Source: an uncultured Oscillospiraceae bacterium
Lineage (GTDB): Bacteria > Bacillota > Clostridia > Christensenellales > CAG-314
Assembly (NCBI GenBank): GCA_964577535.1
Contig: CAZNZO010000001.1
Coordinates: 68,050-132,049 of the forward strand
Direction of reading: 5' to 3'
DNA length: 64,000 nt
A program made the position numbers and the translations under genes. This document shows, piece after piece, positions 19,992 to 32,150 of this stretch (positions within the stretch are counted from its first letter, which is position 1; the number at the start of each line of letters is the position of its first letter). The notes under the pieces were generated by a model that saw only the letters and a program-made list of their open reading frames with translations, had not been told where the DNA came from and ran no database searches.

Positions 19992-20303
19992 TTGAAAGAC
20001 GGATTTTTTCAAAAGGTATATAGGGCGGTGCAAACCATCCCTTGCGGAAAGGTTGCCACCTATGGACAAATTGCAAAAATGTGCGGCAACGCAAGAATGG
20101 CCAAACAAGTGGGCTGGGCATTGCACGTGAACCCTAATCCCATTGAAACACCTTGTCACCGAGTTGTTAACAAGCAAGGACAACTTGCCGGCGCATTTGC
20201 CTTTGGCGGAAAAACCGTGCAACGCGATTTGTTGCTTAGCGAAGGCGTTACTTTTGTGAACGAAAACACCGTTGATATGCAACTTCACCATTGGGAGAAC
20301 TAA
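19992..20303 (+). CDS. MGMT family methylated-DNA-protein-cysteine methyltransferase (short form)
   Basis: IPCGKVATYGQIA, active-site PCHRVVN; TTG at 19992 after GAGGTG. Confidence 0.88.
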   Translation: MKDGFFQKVYRAVQTIPCGKVATYGQIAKMCGNARMAKQVGWALHVNPNPIETPCHRVVNKQGQLAGAFAFGGKTVQRDLLLSEGVTFVNENTVDMQLHHWEN

Positions 20304-20305
20304 AC

Positions 20306-20674
20306 ATGCTAGACAAAAAAATGACAGCAGTGCTAAAAATGTTGTCGGAAAAAGTCGGTTACGGCTACAAGGTTGTTAAAAAGCAATCACTTTTGGATGC
20401 ATTGCCCAAAAGATTGAAAATAAACGACGACACCTTCAATTCCATATTGACGTACCTTAAACAAAACGACTACGTTGTTGTTAAATACCAAGACAAAGAG
20501 GACATGTGCTTGACACTCACCGTCAAGGCAGAATCCTACCTGGAAGGCGAACAAGAAGTTGCAGTTAAATCCAAAATTGCAACGGGACAAGCCGCAGCGT
20601 TGTTTATCGGCGTGTTTTTGGCAGCTTTCTTGGGCGCGTTCATTGCCGAAGTGATATCCAAATTGTTGTTCTAG
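20306..20674 (+). CDS. Hypothetical protein, winged-helix-like N-domain plus C-terminal TM helix
   Basis: MLDKKMTAVL..., helix ILTYLKQNDYVVV, wing LTLTVKA, hydrophobic C-terminus. Confidence 0.65.
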   Translation: MLDKKMTAVLKMLSEKVGYGYKVVKKQSLLDALPKRLKINDDTFNSILTYLKQNDYVVVKYQDKEDMCLTLTVKAESYLEGEQEVAVKSKIATGQAAALFIGVFLAAFLGAFIAEVISKLLF

Positions 20675-20689
20675 AAGGAGAGGCAAGTT

Positions 20690-21055
20690 ATGCTAAACAA
20701 AAAAGAAGTTGCCGTTATGCGCTGCGTATACGAAGCGTGCAAAAGGCACAACGACAGTGCGATAATTTCTGACGAAGTTATTATCCAAAGCTGTCCGGAA
20801 AAATACAAATTGACGGAAATAAACGTTGACACCATTTTGAAACAGTTGGAATACGACGGCTACTTTGAATGTACCAAATCGGATAAAGACGGAAAAACCG
20901 TTAACGTTATTTCGCTAAAACAAAAGGGCAAAGCCTTCAAGCGTGAGCTGATACAGCGCCGCCGCGAACTGATAAACACTTTCTTTTGGCGCATTGTGTT
21001 TGCCGCACTTGGTGCCGTTGTGGCGTTGTTGGTAAACAAACTGCTTGGTCAATAA
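20690..21055 (+). CDS. Hypothetical protein, paralog of the upstream gene (wHTH-like plus C-terminal TM)
   Basis: MLNKKEVAVM..., ILKQLEYDGYF, ISLKQKG, C-terminal TM; RBS AAGGAGAGG. Confidence 0.68.
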   Translation: MLNKKEVAVMRCVYEACKRHNDSAIISDEVIIQSCPEKYKLTEINVDTILKQLEYDGYFECTKSDKDGKTVNVISLKQKGKAFKRELIQRRRELINTFFWRIVFAALGAVVALLVNKLLGQ

Positions 21056-21062
21056 CAAATTT

Positions 21063-21090
21063 GCGAAAGCCTTGTGCTTTCGCTTTTTTT
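21063..21090 (+). terminator. Intrinsic terminator
   Basis: GCGAAAGC-loop-GCTTTCGC-T8. Confidence 0.75.
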
Positions 21091-21151
21091 GCAGTTTTTT
21101 GCAAAACCTACGTGCAAGTTAGCAACACCAAACAAAAAAATTGAAAAACAC

Positions 21152-21184
21152 AAAAAAGGTCGGGCTGTATAAGCTCGACCTTTT
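21152..21184 (-). terminator. Intrinsic terminator downstream of galK
   Basis: AAAAGGTCGGGCT...AGCTCGACCTTTT; A7 run on the plus strand. Confidence 0.65.
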
Positions 21185-21314
21185 GTGATATTTGTGAATT
21201 ATGTTTTTTGGGTGCAACAATTAAGCAAGTGAATTATGCTTGAGCCAACAGATTTATTTAAGGAAAATCTCAAAAAGTGTTGCACTGGGTTTGACAATTC
21301 ACCTGCCGATAAAA

Positions 21315-22535
21315 TTACAGCACGGTTGCGCCGACAGTGCGCACTTTCAAAGCGTGAACCTTTTCTTTGCCATAGCGTTTGGATGCTTCGTCGCAAAGCT
21401 TTTTCACTTCCTTATCGCCCACAACGGCCAAAATGGTGCCGGCAAAACCGCCGCCGTGCACACGTGATGCGCATTGCGGACAAACTTTGCGCACAAATTC
21501 CACCGCTTCCGCCACAGTTCTATCCTCGTTGACATTACAGTTTTGCAGTTGAGAAATGCTGCTATCGCCGGAATCGCCAATGATTTTTAGCAAACTTGCC
21601 TTGTCGCCATTTTGCAATGCGGCGCAAAAATCATCTACGCGATGGTTTTCTTCAAAAAAGTGTTTGGCACGCAAAGTCGGGCGATTGCCAACTTCTCGTT
21701 CCACGCGGCGCAAGTTATCGAAAAACAACTTTTCGTCTACGTCGGCAAGACGATCCTTGCCAAAGTGTGTGGCAACGGCCTTCATTTCCGCAGGAATTGC
21801 CGCATAGTGTTCCGTCAAGGATGCGTGGCTTTTGCCGGTGTCGATAACAACCAAGTTTAGCCCTGCCAAGTTGCCATCCAACTTTGTGGCGGAAAAACCG
21901 TTTTTGAAATCGATTGTAACAACGCCGCCTTCGGCAATTACGCCTTGATCTAGCAATCCACACGGCTTTTGAAAATAGACGTTTTCGGCATATTGCCCCA
22001 CTTCTGCCATGAGGCGTGGCGACAAACTGCCTTCGTTATACAATGCGTTTTGAATAGCCGCAACAAGCAATTGAAATGCCGCACTGGAAGATATGCCGGC
22101 TCCGCTGGGCACCGTGGTGTTCATCAAAGCGCGAAATCCGCCAATGTTTTTGCCACGCTTTTTAAGCCCGGCCAGCACGCCTTTCACCATGCCAATGCTG
22201 CCGCTTTCAACGTTATCGACGTCGTCTAGGGCAAATTTTATATCCCTATACCCATTGCTGCACACGGTAACCATGCCGCTATCGTCGGGCAAAAAGGCCG
22301 CAATAATATCCAAATTGACGGTGCAACCAACAACTCTGCCGCCGTTATGGTCGGTGTGGTTGCCAACCAATTCTACCCTGCCGGACGAACTTGCCAAGTA
22401 GCAATAGGATGCGCCGTATTTTCTTTTGAATTTTCTTATCAAACTTTCGTAGCGTTTTAGCTGATGAAAGGTTTTTTTGCCATATAGCGCCACAAACCTT
22501 CCGGAAGCCTGTCTTGCACACGTAAACTTTTCCAT
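21315..22535 (-). CDS. galK: Galactokinase (GHMP kinase) family protein
   Basis: GRVELVGNHTDHNGG, PSGAGISSSAA, KPCGLLDQ, RVHGGGFAG. Confidence 0.85.
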   Translation of the reverse strand: MEKFTCARQASGRFVALYGKKTFHQLKRYESLIRKFKRKYGASYCYLASSSGRVELVGNHTDHNGGRVVGCTVNLDIIAAFLPDDSGMVTVCSNGYRDIKFALDDVDNVESGSIGMVKGVLAGLKKRGKNIGGFRALMNTTVPSGAGISSSAAFQLLVAAIQNALYNEGSLSPRLMAEVGQYAENVYFQKPCGLLDQGVIAEGGVVTIDFKNGFSATKLDGNLAGLNLVVIDTGKSHASLTEHYAAIPAEMKAVATHFGKDRLADVDEKLFFDNLRRVEREVGNRPTLRAKHFFEENHRVDDFCAALQNGDKASLLKIIGDSGDSSISQLQNCNVNEDRTVAEAVEFVRKVCPQCASRVHGGGFAGTILAVVGDKEVKKLCDEASKRYGKEKVHALKVRTVGATVL

Positions 22536-22594
22536 TGCCAAAGTTCCTTTGTGTTTTTTTGTATTTTAGCACAAAAAAAATCAATTTGCAACAA

Positions 22595-24355
22595 TTATTC
22601 CACAGTGACGGATTTTGCCAAATTGCGCGGCTTATCCACGTCTCGACCCAATTTTTTGGCCACAAAATATGCCAGCAACTGCAACGGCACAACAGAAACA
22701 ACGCCACAGAACACGTCGTGCACCACCGGCAAAGTTATTGCATTTGCGCCGCCAAACTGCGAAAGCATCACCACGGAAGCGCCGCGCGAAGCAATTTCCT
22801 GCGCAGTTGTTTGGTTTTTATCCGTCAAATTGCCCACGGTGGAAATAACAAAAGCCGCAACGCCCTTTTCCATAAGCGCCAGCGTTCCGTGTTTCAATTC
22901 TCCCGAAGGGTAGGCCTCGGAATGGATGTAGGTTATCTCTTTGAGCTTCAACGATGCCTCTGCCGCCGTGGGATAATCGTGGCCACGCCCCACGAAAAAC
23001 ACAGCAGAACTATCCTTTATTTCCAAAGCAAGCTGTTCCACCGTTTTTTGCAAGTTTAGCGTTTGGTCTAAGGCAAGAGGCAGTTTTGTTGCCGCATGAA
23101 AAATTGCCTGGTGGCTTTCTGTGGAAATTTCGCCCCGCACAAACGCAACGTCGGCCAGCAGCAAAACAAGCGTGACCAACTGGCAGTTATATGCCTTTGT
23201 GCTAGCAACGGAAAACTCTCCGCCGGCAAAAACGTTCAACGTGCGATGGCAAACAAAACCCAGTGAGGAAATTGGCGTGTTAGTGACGGCCACTACGTAC
23301 GCGCCCGATGCTTTTAGTTTTTCCGCCGCACGGATGGTATCGGCAGTTTCGCCGCTTTGGCTGATGCACAGCGCCAAAGTGTTGCCGTCGGTAGGATATT
23401 GGTCGCAAACAAATTCGCTGGCAACAACGGGCAACAAATCCAGATGCAAAAATCGCCTGACTGCAGAGCAAGCGGCGGCACCGCTGTTGAAAGCAGTGCC
23501 ACACCCCACAAGATAGATGCGGCGCAATTTTTTTAGCATTTTGCATGGCAAACCACCATTTTTTGCGTAGTTTTGCACGGCATCCTTAACACGCAAGGGA
23601 ATTTCTAAAATTTCTTTTAGCATGGCATCGCCCTGTGGAGCGCTTGGCACTTCCGCTGTGGCTTTTTGCCACTTCAAACACAATTCGTTGCCATCAAAAC
23701 CCAAAAACTTCACGTTGCAATTTTGCGCAACGGCAATGCAACCATCCGGCATAGATGCAACTTTTCCCATGCTTGCGGCAAAACGAAAATCCGAACAGAA
23801 ACTCACTCCGCACAGCGAAAGGCTTGCCACCAACGGGCTTTTGTGGCGCGCGGCATAAATTTTGTTGTTGTGGTTGCAAAGAATAAGCAGTGCGAACGAT
23901 CCTTTTAGCATGGACACGGTTTTTTGCACCGCCTGCAAAACGTTACCTTTATAGAAAAATTGCAGCAAATGCGCCACCACTTCGCTATCCGTTTGAGAAA
24001 CTGTTTGCAAACCGTTTTGCGCAAGCATTTTTGCAAGTGAACGGTAGTTTTCGATTATGCCGTTATGGCAAACGGCAAAGTTGCCGTCGGCGGACAAAAA
24101 CGGGTGAGCGTTAACTTCGGAAACCTCGCCGTGCGTTGCCCATCGGGTGTGCCCCATAGCAAGCGAAGCTTTGAGCGGAATGCTTTTCAATTTTTCCTGC
24201 AACGCATCTATTTTTCCCACCGTTTTGACAACGGAAAGTTGTTGGTTTTTTATGGCAATACCGGCCGAATCGTACCCACGGTATTGCAAAAAACGCAACG
24301 CATCCATTGTTTTTTGAACACAGCCCTGTTCTGTAGTAGCAAAAATTCCGCACAC
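22595..24355 (-). CDS. glmS: Glutamine-fructose-6-phosphate transaminase (isomerizing)
   Basis: GTG at 24355 after AAGGAG gives MCGIF; [32 protein letters not shown]-terminal [11 protein letters not shown]. Confidence 0.95.
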   Translation of the reverse strand: MCGIFATTEQGCVQKTMDALRFLQYRGYDSAGIAIKNQQLSVVKTVGKIDALQEKLKSIPLKASLAMGHTRWATHGEVSEVNAHPFLSADGNFAVCHNGIIENYRSLAKMLAQNGLQTVSQTDSEVVAHLLQFFYKGNVLQAVQKTVSMLKGSFALLILCNHNNKIYAARHKSPLVASLSLCGVSFCSDFRFAASMGKVASMPDGCIAVAQNCNVKFLGFDGNELCLKWQKATAEVPSAPQGDAMLKEILEIPLRVKDAVQNYAKNGGLPCKMLKKLRRIYLVGCGTAFNSGAAACSAVRRFLHLDLLPVVASEFVCDQYPTDGNTLALCISQSGETADTIRAAEKLKASGAYVVAVTNTPISSLGFVCHRTLNVFAGGEFSVASTKAYNCQLVTLVLLLADVAFVRGEISTESHQAIFHAATKLPLALDQTLNLQKTVEQLALEIKDSSAVFFVGRGHDYPTAAEASLKLKEITYIHSEAYPSGELKHGTLALMEKGVAAFVISTVGNLTDKNQTTAQEIASRGASVVMLSQFGGANAITLPVVHDVFCGVVSVVPLQLLAYFVAKKLGRDVDKPRNLAKSVTVE

Positions 24356-24492
24356 AACCATCTCCTTTTCGAGGTAGTATATGCCGTCAGGCAAAGTTGC
24401 GACACAAAAAACAAACGGCAAAAAGTATTGATATTTTTTTTGCCAAAAAACACTTTTTTTAGTAGCGCGCGGCGCAACCACCCCAAATATAT

Positions 24493-24521
24493 TTGACGGC
24501 TTTTTAAGATAGTTGTATAAT
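24493..24521 (+). promoter_or_regulatory. sigmaA promoter of typA
   Basis: TTGACG-17 bp-TATAAT. Confidence 0.75.
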
Positions 24522-24572
24522 TTTGTGGTTTGGAAGTTGCCGCAAAAAAGCGGCTGAATACGGAGAAATTTT

Positions 24573-26399
<1,827 letters not shown>

Positions 26400-26479
26400 T
26401 TGCAAGCAAAAACAAACAACGCTAGGCAAAAATAGCAACACAACATTCGTTTTGTTGAAAAACAAAATTTATGCAAAAC

Positions 26480-26512
26480 AAAATCCGCCAAGAACTCTTG
26501 GCGGATTTTTTT
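26480..26512. terminator. Bidirectional terminator between typA and the convergent membrane gene
   Basis: AAAATCCGCCAAGA-AC-TCTTGGCGGATTTTTTT. Confidence 0.75.
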
Positions 26513-26522
26513 GATTGAAAAA

Positions 26523-28019
26523 CTATTGAACGCTTGTTGCTTCAACAACTTCGGACGAATGGCAAATGCTTTTTGTTGCAACCATTTCGGCAGGCGGCAA
26601 CAGCTGCAAAATATCCGTTTTTTCGCAAGTATCATCCAGCTTTTGCAACACCACCAGTTGAAACACGACAAAGAAACTAAACACCGGTTCGAAGGTGTTC
26701 ATATCCACAAGTCCCTGACCTTCGAAAGCAATCCACGCAAAGAGCGTGAACAATGCGAAAGGATTTTTTCTGCGTGGCTTTGCAAGCACTTCCCTGAAAC
26801 GCATAACGTAGTAGAAAACGTAGCACACAATGCCAACAATGCCCATGGATGCAATCACTTCGAACACGGTTGAATGGAACCTCGCGCAAGCATCGGGACT
26901 GTCGTTAATGGCAACGTTGGGGTGCCCGCCCATGCCAATGCCGAACATCGGACTTTGCTTGAAAAATTGCCATGCCTTGCCATATAAGCCGTCTTCGCCA
27001 AACCTTCCACTAGTGCCTTCGATAACCAATTTACCTTCGGCAAAATAGATTTTTATTTGCGAAAAACGGGAAAGCAATCCTTCCACCAGTTGCGAAACTT
27101 GTTGCCAGAAAATTGCGCATGCCAAAATGCCAACGGCAACGGCGCCGGCAACGCAAACAAGCGTTTGTTTTTTGTTGCCCAAAACTATTGCCGCAACAAG
27201 CGCGCACACAAACGCAACAACACCGAAAAGCGTTGCCGCGCGAGAAAGGGTAAGCGCCAAACAAAGCAACATGACGAAGCTTATCAAAACGTAAACAAAG
27301 GCATGTTTTTTTGTTCGAACGGAAAGGTACAAACTCATTACCATTGCAAAAGGAATGAAGGTTGCCGCCATTCCACGATTGCCCCAGCCAAAATCCCAAT
27401 AAGATTGCGCCCATTGCGACGGTTCAAGCGGCGATTGAGCAATTAGAACGGCCAATTCTGCACACACCACCAAGCCAACGTAGACGCACGCTTTTGCAAA
27501 GCACAAGGGCACATCCACCGAATTGCGGCCGGTTGAGTTGACAAAAACAAAATAGGTTAGCAACATTCCTACGCCCAAAGCCAACACAAGGGGAAGTTCC
27601 GCCAAATAGTTTGCGGAAGAAACAACGCCCAAACCTCCCACCAACAACGCCAGCGAAACGGCTGCTTGCGGCACAAACATTCGGCCAATCACAACTGTTT
27701 TGGGCAAATTGCGGCACACAAAAAGGACAATGCAAACGGTTAGCGGCGCAATGGTTACGGCTAGCACAACGGGGGTTATTTCCGCCGGGTTGCGAATGAC
27801 AGTAAGACACACCATAACTGGCAAAAAGGTGGCCGAGGCATCGTTGCCAAACAACAGCGTTACGCAGGTTGCCGCAACAAGCAAAATAAGCCCCACTGCC
27901 GACCAATTTAGGCACCAACACAAAAATGCGACAACACAAATGCATGCAAAATAGACGTCGCTATACACAACGCGACGCACAACGTTTTCCGTTTTTTGCA
28001 AGCATTCCTTTGCCGTCAT
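26523..28019 (-). CDS. O-antigen ligase/Wzy-like polytopic membrane protein
   Basis: About 12 TM; LTLSRAA, TSGR...W..F..SPMFGIG, FHSTVFEVIASMGIVG motifs typical of the O-antigen ligase family. Confidence 0.7.
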   Translation of the reverse strand: MTAKECLQKTENVVRRVVYSDVYFACICVVAFLCWCLNWSAVGLILLVAATCVTLLFGNDASATFLPVMVCLTVIRNPAEITPVVLAVTIAPLTVCIVLFVCRNLPKTVVIGRMFVPQAAVSLALLVGGLGVVSSANYLAELPLVLALGVGMLLTYFVFVNSTGRNSVDVPLCFAKACVYVGLVVCAELAVLIAQSPLEPSQWAQSYWDFGWGNRGMAATFIPFAMVMSLYLSVRTKKHAFVYVLISFVMLLCLALTLSRAATLFGVVAFVCALVAAIVLGNKKQTLVCVAGAVAVGILACAIFWQQVSQLVEGLLSRFSQIKIYFAEGKLVIEGTSGRFGEDGLYGKAWQFFKQSPMFGIGMGGHPNVAINDSPDACARFHSTVFEVIASMGIVGIVCYVFYYVMRFREVLAKPRRKNPFALFTLFAWIAFEGQGLVDMNTFEPVFSFFVVFQLVVLQKLDDTCEKTDILQLLPPAEMVATKSICHSSEVVEATSVQ

Positions 28020-28151
28020 TTTTTCACCTTACTTTTGAAAATAGAAATTTCACGCCGCAACAAACGTTGCCCAAGTGCTGTGAAATTCATTATCTATTAT
28101 ATTACCAAAAAAACGCTCGCAATGCAACCTGTTAAAAAAAGTTTAGCAAGC

Positions 28152-28189
28152 AAAAAACGGTTAGAACTGTCGTTCCAACCGTTTTTTTT
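28152..28189 (-). terminator. Terminator of the DUF378 gene
   Basis: AAAAAACGGTT...AACCGTTTTTTTT. Confidence 0.6.
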
Positions 28190-28196
28190 GTCGAAC

Positions 28197-28463
28197 CTAG
28201 CCGTGATAGCCGTATCGGTCGGCGTATTTTTCGCGACCGCAGGTGCAATCAACAACTTTCCCCTTAGAAATGCACAGCCAAACAAGCACGAACACACCGG
28301 CCACACCCACCAACACGTAGAGCAACGTTTCGAGCCACGCCATGCCAAAGCTAATCCAATTGACGAAGTTGAAACCAAAAATGCCAATGCACAGCCAGTT
28401 TAGCGCACCAACGATGGTAAGCACCAATGCAATGACACTAAACACGTTAAAAGTCTTTTTCAA
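28197..28463 (-). CDS. DUF378 (YuzA-like) small membrane protein
   Basis: IALVLTIVGALNWLCIGIFGFNFV...LYVLVGVAG; TTG at 28463 after AAGGAGGG. Confidence 0.88.
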   Translation of the reverse strand: MKKTFNVFSVIALVLTIVGALNWLCIGIFGFNFVNWISFGMAWLETLLYVLVGVAGVFVLVWLCISKGKVVDCTCGREKYADRYGYHG

Positions 28464-28788
28464 AACTAATCCCTCCTTTTTGCTGTTGCTAGTGTGTGTA
28501 GCTTTGCTAGCAATATTCCTCACAAAAAAATTCTGGACGGTAACACATCCCACAAAAACCTTACGCAACAGGGCAAATGGCGCAAAAAACAAACAACGCT
28601 ACGGCAAAGACACAACTGCACGCCTGACTTCCTCAGAAACTTTTGGGTGCTCCGGACATTTTGTAAAAATGCCGTCCGCTTGGGTATTGCTTAAAGAACT
28701 AGGCGCATCTGGCAAGCAAACTGCTGCAACAACCATTTGGCAGGCAGCAAAAACGCCCACTCCCAAATTGGAGCAGGCGCCACAAAAA

Positions 28789-29952
28789 TTATTTGTTTTG
28801 TTCGTGAATTTCCGATTGTTGCTCCACTGCCAAATTTAGTTTTGCGGTGCATCCCACGTCGCCAAGACGTTTGAAACGAAAAACCGCTTCCGCAGTGGGC
28901 AAATAGACAAAATCGTTGTTGAAGGAAAGTGTGTAGAAGGTGCCAACAGGGTAGTTAAGCGTTTGATCGCCAAAAGTTGCAACAATTCCGTTTTGGTCGT
29001 GCACTATACTTGCATTGCCCATATCCACATAGTTGCTGCCCACAAGCTTTTGGGCAAAAAACTCTTTTTCGAAGTGGTAGTTGCCATTTGTTAGCTCGTC
29101 GCGAACGCACTGCGTTTGCCAAGCGTACCAATCCACCACTTTGCCAAACTTGCCGCCTTCTAGCTGGCCGAACTTATTCATAACAACTTCGTGGCCACAC
29201 TTTGCGCAAACAAGTTTGTTGCCGTGCCCAGTCATGGCAAATTCCTCATTGCAATGCGGGCACTTATACAAAATGCTTTCTAGCCCTTCCACCAAATCGG
29301 GAACGTCAATTTCTATTTTGTTTTGCAATTGATATTCGTAGTCGTCAAATTGCAGATCGCTAACAATTCTTTGATATATTTCCGCTGCGGAAATGGTTTT
29401 TGCTTCCGCTGCATCCACAGCAAGTTTTGCATGCGCCGTTACCGGCAAAAAGCGTTTGGAATGCGCCCACCTTGGTTTGAACAAATAGCTGCCGTCAAAA
29501 CGGACGGTAACAAGGGGCACTTTGAACATTTTGACAAGTTTTGCAATGGCCGGCTTTATGGGGTTGGGGGTGCCCACAACGGAAAGTTTTGCCTCCGGAT
29601 AGATAACCACCGGACGTTTTTTGCTTAGACAATATTTTATGTCGGAAAGCAACTTCATATCCACTGTGAATTGCTTTTTAGGCAAAACGCCAAATTGTTT
29701 GATAAGCTTGGGCCACTGTACCAACTGCGTTTCACTTATCACAAAGTTTGCGCAATGCGGATACATCATTTTGATTAGCGCACCCACGTCCACAAAACTG
29801 CTGTGGTTGGCAACCACAATGTAGGGCGGCTTTATTTTGGCAAGAGTGCCATCGTGCACCAATTTTATTTGCTTTTTGCAAAACTTGTTGCCATAGAACC
29901 ATAGGCCCAATCTGATGAAACTTTTCTTTGCCAAAACAGGTTTTTTGCGCAT
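28789..29952 (-). CDS. Lysophospholipid (1-acyl-G3P) acyltransferase family protein with Zn-ribbon extension
   Basis: NHSSFVD (HX4D), IYPEA, CPHC...CAKCG. Confidence 0.85.
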   Translation of the reverse strand: MRKKPVLAKKSFIRLGLWFYGNKFCKKQIKLVHDGTLAKIKPPYIVVANHSSFVDVGALIKMMYPHCANFVISETQLVQWPKLIKQFGVLPKKQFTVDMKLLSDIKYCLSKKRPVVIYPEAKLSVVGTPNPIKPAIAKLVKMFKVPLVTVRFDGSYLFKPRWAHSKRFLPVTAHAKLAVDAAEAKTISAAEIYQRIVSDLQFDDYEYQLQNKIEIDVPDLVEGLESILYKCPHCNEEFAMTGHGNKLVCAKCGHEVVMNKFGQLEGGKFGKVVDWYAWQTQCVRDELTNGNYHFEKEFFAQKLVGSNYVDMGNASIVHDQNGIVATFGDQTLNYPVGTFYTLSFNNDFVYLPTAEAVFRFKRLGDVGCTAKLNLAVEQQSEIHEQNK

Positions 29953-30155
29953 AATCTTTTGCCCTTTGTGCTTATTAGAAGTGGAAATCTCCTTTGGCTA
30001 TTATATCAGCCATTGTTGCAATCGGTCAAACGTTTTGCAAAAATAACTTACCTGGCAAAGGCCAATGCGCCGCAAAAACAATGCAAATGCAAAAATTTGG
30101 AACAGCGCAGTTACTTTTTGGACAGGAAAAACATATTGTGTAGAAAGGTATGTTA

Positions 30156-32150
30156 ATGTCCACAAAACACCCAAAATTTGCACAAAACGTGTTTGATAAC
30201 GCCAAAATGAAAAAGTACTTGCCGGCAAAAACCTATGCCGCTGTGCTTGAAGCACAAAACGGAAAGGAACTGCCGCCCTGCCATGCCCAAAAATTTGCAA
30301 ACGGTTTGTGCAAATGGGCAAAATCGGTGGGCGCAACACGCTATGCGCTGGTGCTGGATCCCTTTTGTGGCGGCACGGTGGGCAAAATGCATTCGTGGAT
30401 AAGCACAACTCCCAACGGCAAAGTTTTGAAAAATCCAACTGCCAAACAGCTGCTAACGGACGAATGTGACGCATCGGCCTTTGGCTGTGGCAATTCGCCA
30501 TGCAACGCCAAGGGGCAAATAAGGTGGTTTGCGCCACTGCCTGCCTACGTGGAAGAAAACTGTTTGCACATTCCGGCAACGCTAAGTTGCAACCAAACGG
30601 CGCTGGACGAAAAACTGCCGCTTTTTCGCAGTTGCCTGGCACTTGATAAATGCGTAACAAAACTAGTGAATTTGCTGGGCACAAAGACGTCGCGGGTGTT
30701 TTCCGTTGTCGGCGCCGAGCAGGAATATTTCTTGGTGGAAAAACGCCACTATTTGCAACGTCCCGATTTGGTGCAGGCAGGGAAAATTTTGACGGAAGAT
30801 TGTTTTTGGGGCAAAAACGTGCTGCCCAACTACTGCCAAGCGCCGCATAAAAAAGTGGCAAACTTTTGGCAACAAACGGAAAGGCGGCTAGGCCGTTTGG
30901 GAATAGTTGCCCAAACGCAACACAACGAAGTTTCGCCGTGCCAGGCGGAATTGGCACCTTGTTGCGCCGAAGCATTGGTTGCCTATTGGCAAAATCAGCG
31001 AATAATGCAAACGCTACGTTCCGTTGCCGACAAGCAAAACTTGGCCTGCTTGCTACACGAAAAACCCTTTCCGCATCTTAGCGGAAGCGGCAAGCACAAC
31101 AATTGGTCGCTTTTTTGCAATGGAAAAAACTTGTTTGAGCGGGGAACGACACCGCAACAGCACGCACAATACGCAGTGCTTATCGCTTGCATGGTGCAAG
31201 CAGTAAGTTTGCATCAAAAACTGCTTTGCCTATCCGCCATGTCCTGCGGAAACGACGAAAGACTGGGACAATGCGAAGCGCCGCCGCAGGTGATTTCCCT
31301 TTCGCTGGGCAATGCCCTTGCCGATCTTGTTGAAGCGGCTAGCCCCAACTTCAAATTCGGGCATCAACTGCTTTCGCCGCCACAAAATGCGCCGCGAAAC
31401 CGCACTTCGCCGCTGGTGATTACGCAAAGCAAGTTTGAATTTAGGTTGGTGGGGGCTTGTGCATCCATTGCCGCCTGCAACACTGTGCTAAACGCCGCCT
31501 TTGCCGAAACGGCAGATATCTTGGCAACGCAACTGCAAAATGCGCCGGACGTTTGGGCACAGGCGCAGGCCTTTGTTGCCGACGTGCTTAAAAATTGCGG
31601 CAACGTGCTTTTCGATGGCGACAACTATTCCGCATTTTGGCAGGAAGAAGCTAAGCGTCGCAAACTGTTTTTTGCCCAAAACACGCCGCAAACCATTGTT
31701 GCAAGCAAACAAGAAAGTCTTTTGCAAAAACTAGAAATTTTGTCGACCGAAGAGCAAAATGCTTGGCGCACTGCAATGCTAAACCAATATTGCCGTCAAC
31801 GCCAAACCCAAGCAACTGTGCTGGCCGAAATGTGCCGTGAGGTTTTGCCCATAGTTGACAAAACAATTTGCTTTGAGCGCAAGCCGGAATGGCAAACGTC
31901 CCAAAACGCACCAAGCCGGCGCATGGCAAAACTGCTGTGTTGCAAAAAAATGCTAGATTCCTGTGCAAAACAGCTGAGCAAACAAATTGAAAGTGCCACA
32001 CACGACGTTGAACAGCGTGCCGTGCTGTTTGGAACGCCGCTTGGAAAAACAATTTTGGCGGCGCAACGATGGCTATCCACTGCCAGAAGCCTTTGCCCCA
32101 AAAACTTGTGGCCACTGCCCGACTGCACCGAAATTTTGCACTACGACTAG
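30156..32150 (+). CDS. Divergent glutamine synthetase type III-like protein
   Basis: GAEQEYFLV, HNEVSP, LLHEKPF..SGSGKHNNWS, RLG..EAPP, RNRTSP...KFEFR; N-terminal GSIII motifs eroded. Start could also be 30150. Confidence 0.8.
   Translation: MSTKHPKFAQNVFDNAKMKKYLPAKTYAAVLEAQNGKELPPCHAQKFANGLCKWAKSVGATRYALVLDPFCGGTVGKMHSWISTTPNGKVLKNPTAKQLLTDECDASAFGCGNSPCNAKGQIRWFAPLPAYVEENCLHIPATLSCNQTALDEKLPLFRSCLALDKCVTKLVNLLGTKTSRVFSVVGAEQEYFLVEKRHYLQRPDLVQAGKILTEDCFWGKNVLPNYCQAPHKKVANFWQQTERRLGRLGIVAQTQHNEVSPCQAELAPCCAEALVAYWQNQRIMQTLRSVADKQNLACLLHEKPFPHLSGSGKHNNWSLFCNGKNLFERGTTPQQHAQYAVLIACMVQAVSLHQKLLCLSAMSCGNDERLGQCEAPPQVISLSLGNALADLVEAASPNFKFGHQLLSPPQNAPRNRTSPLVITQSKFEFRLVGACASIAACNTVLNAAFAETADILATQLQNAPDVWAQAQAFVADVLKNCGNVLFDGDNYSAFWQEEAKRRKLFFAQNTPQTIVASKQESLLQKLEILSTEEQNAWRTAMLNQYCRQRQTQATVLAEMCREVLPIVDKTICFERKPEWQTSQNAPSRRMAKLLCCKKMLDSCAKQLSKQIESATHDVEQRAVLFGTPLGKTILAAQRWLSTARSLCPKNLWPLPDCTEILHYD

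Noticed and set aside
24356-24490. glmS ribozyme expected upstream of glmS
   Set aside because: No AGCGCC...GACGAGG core on the minus strand; the space is short and shared with the typA promoter.
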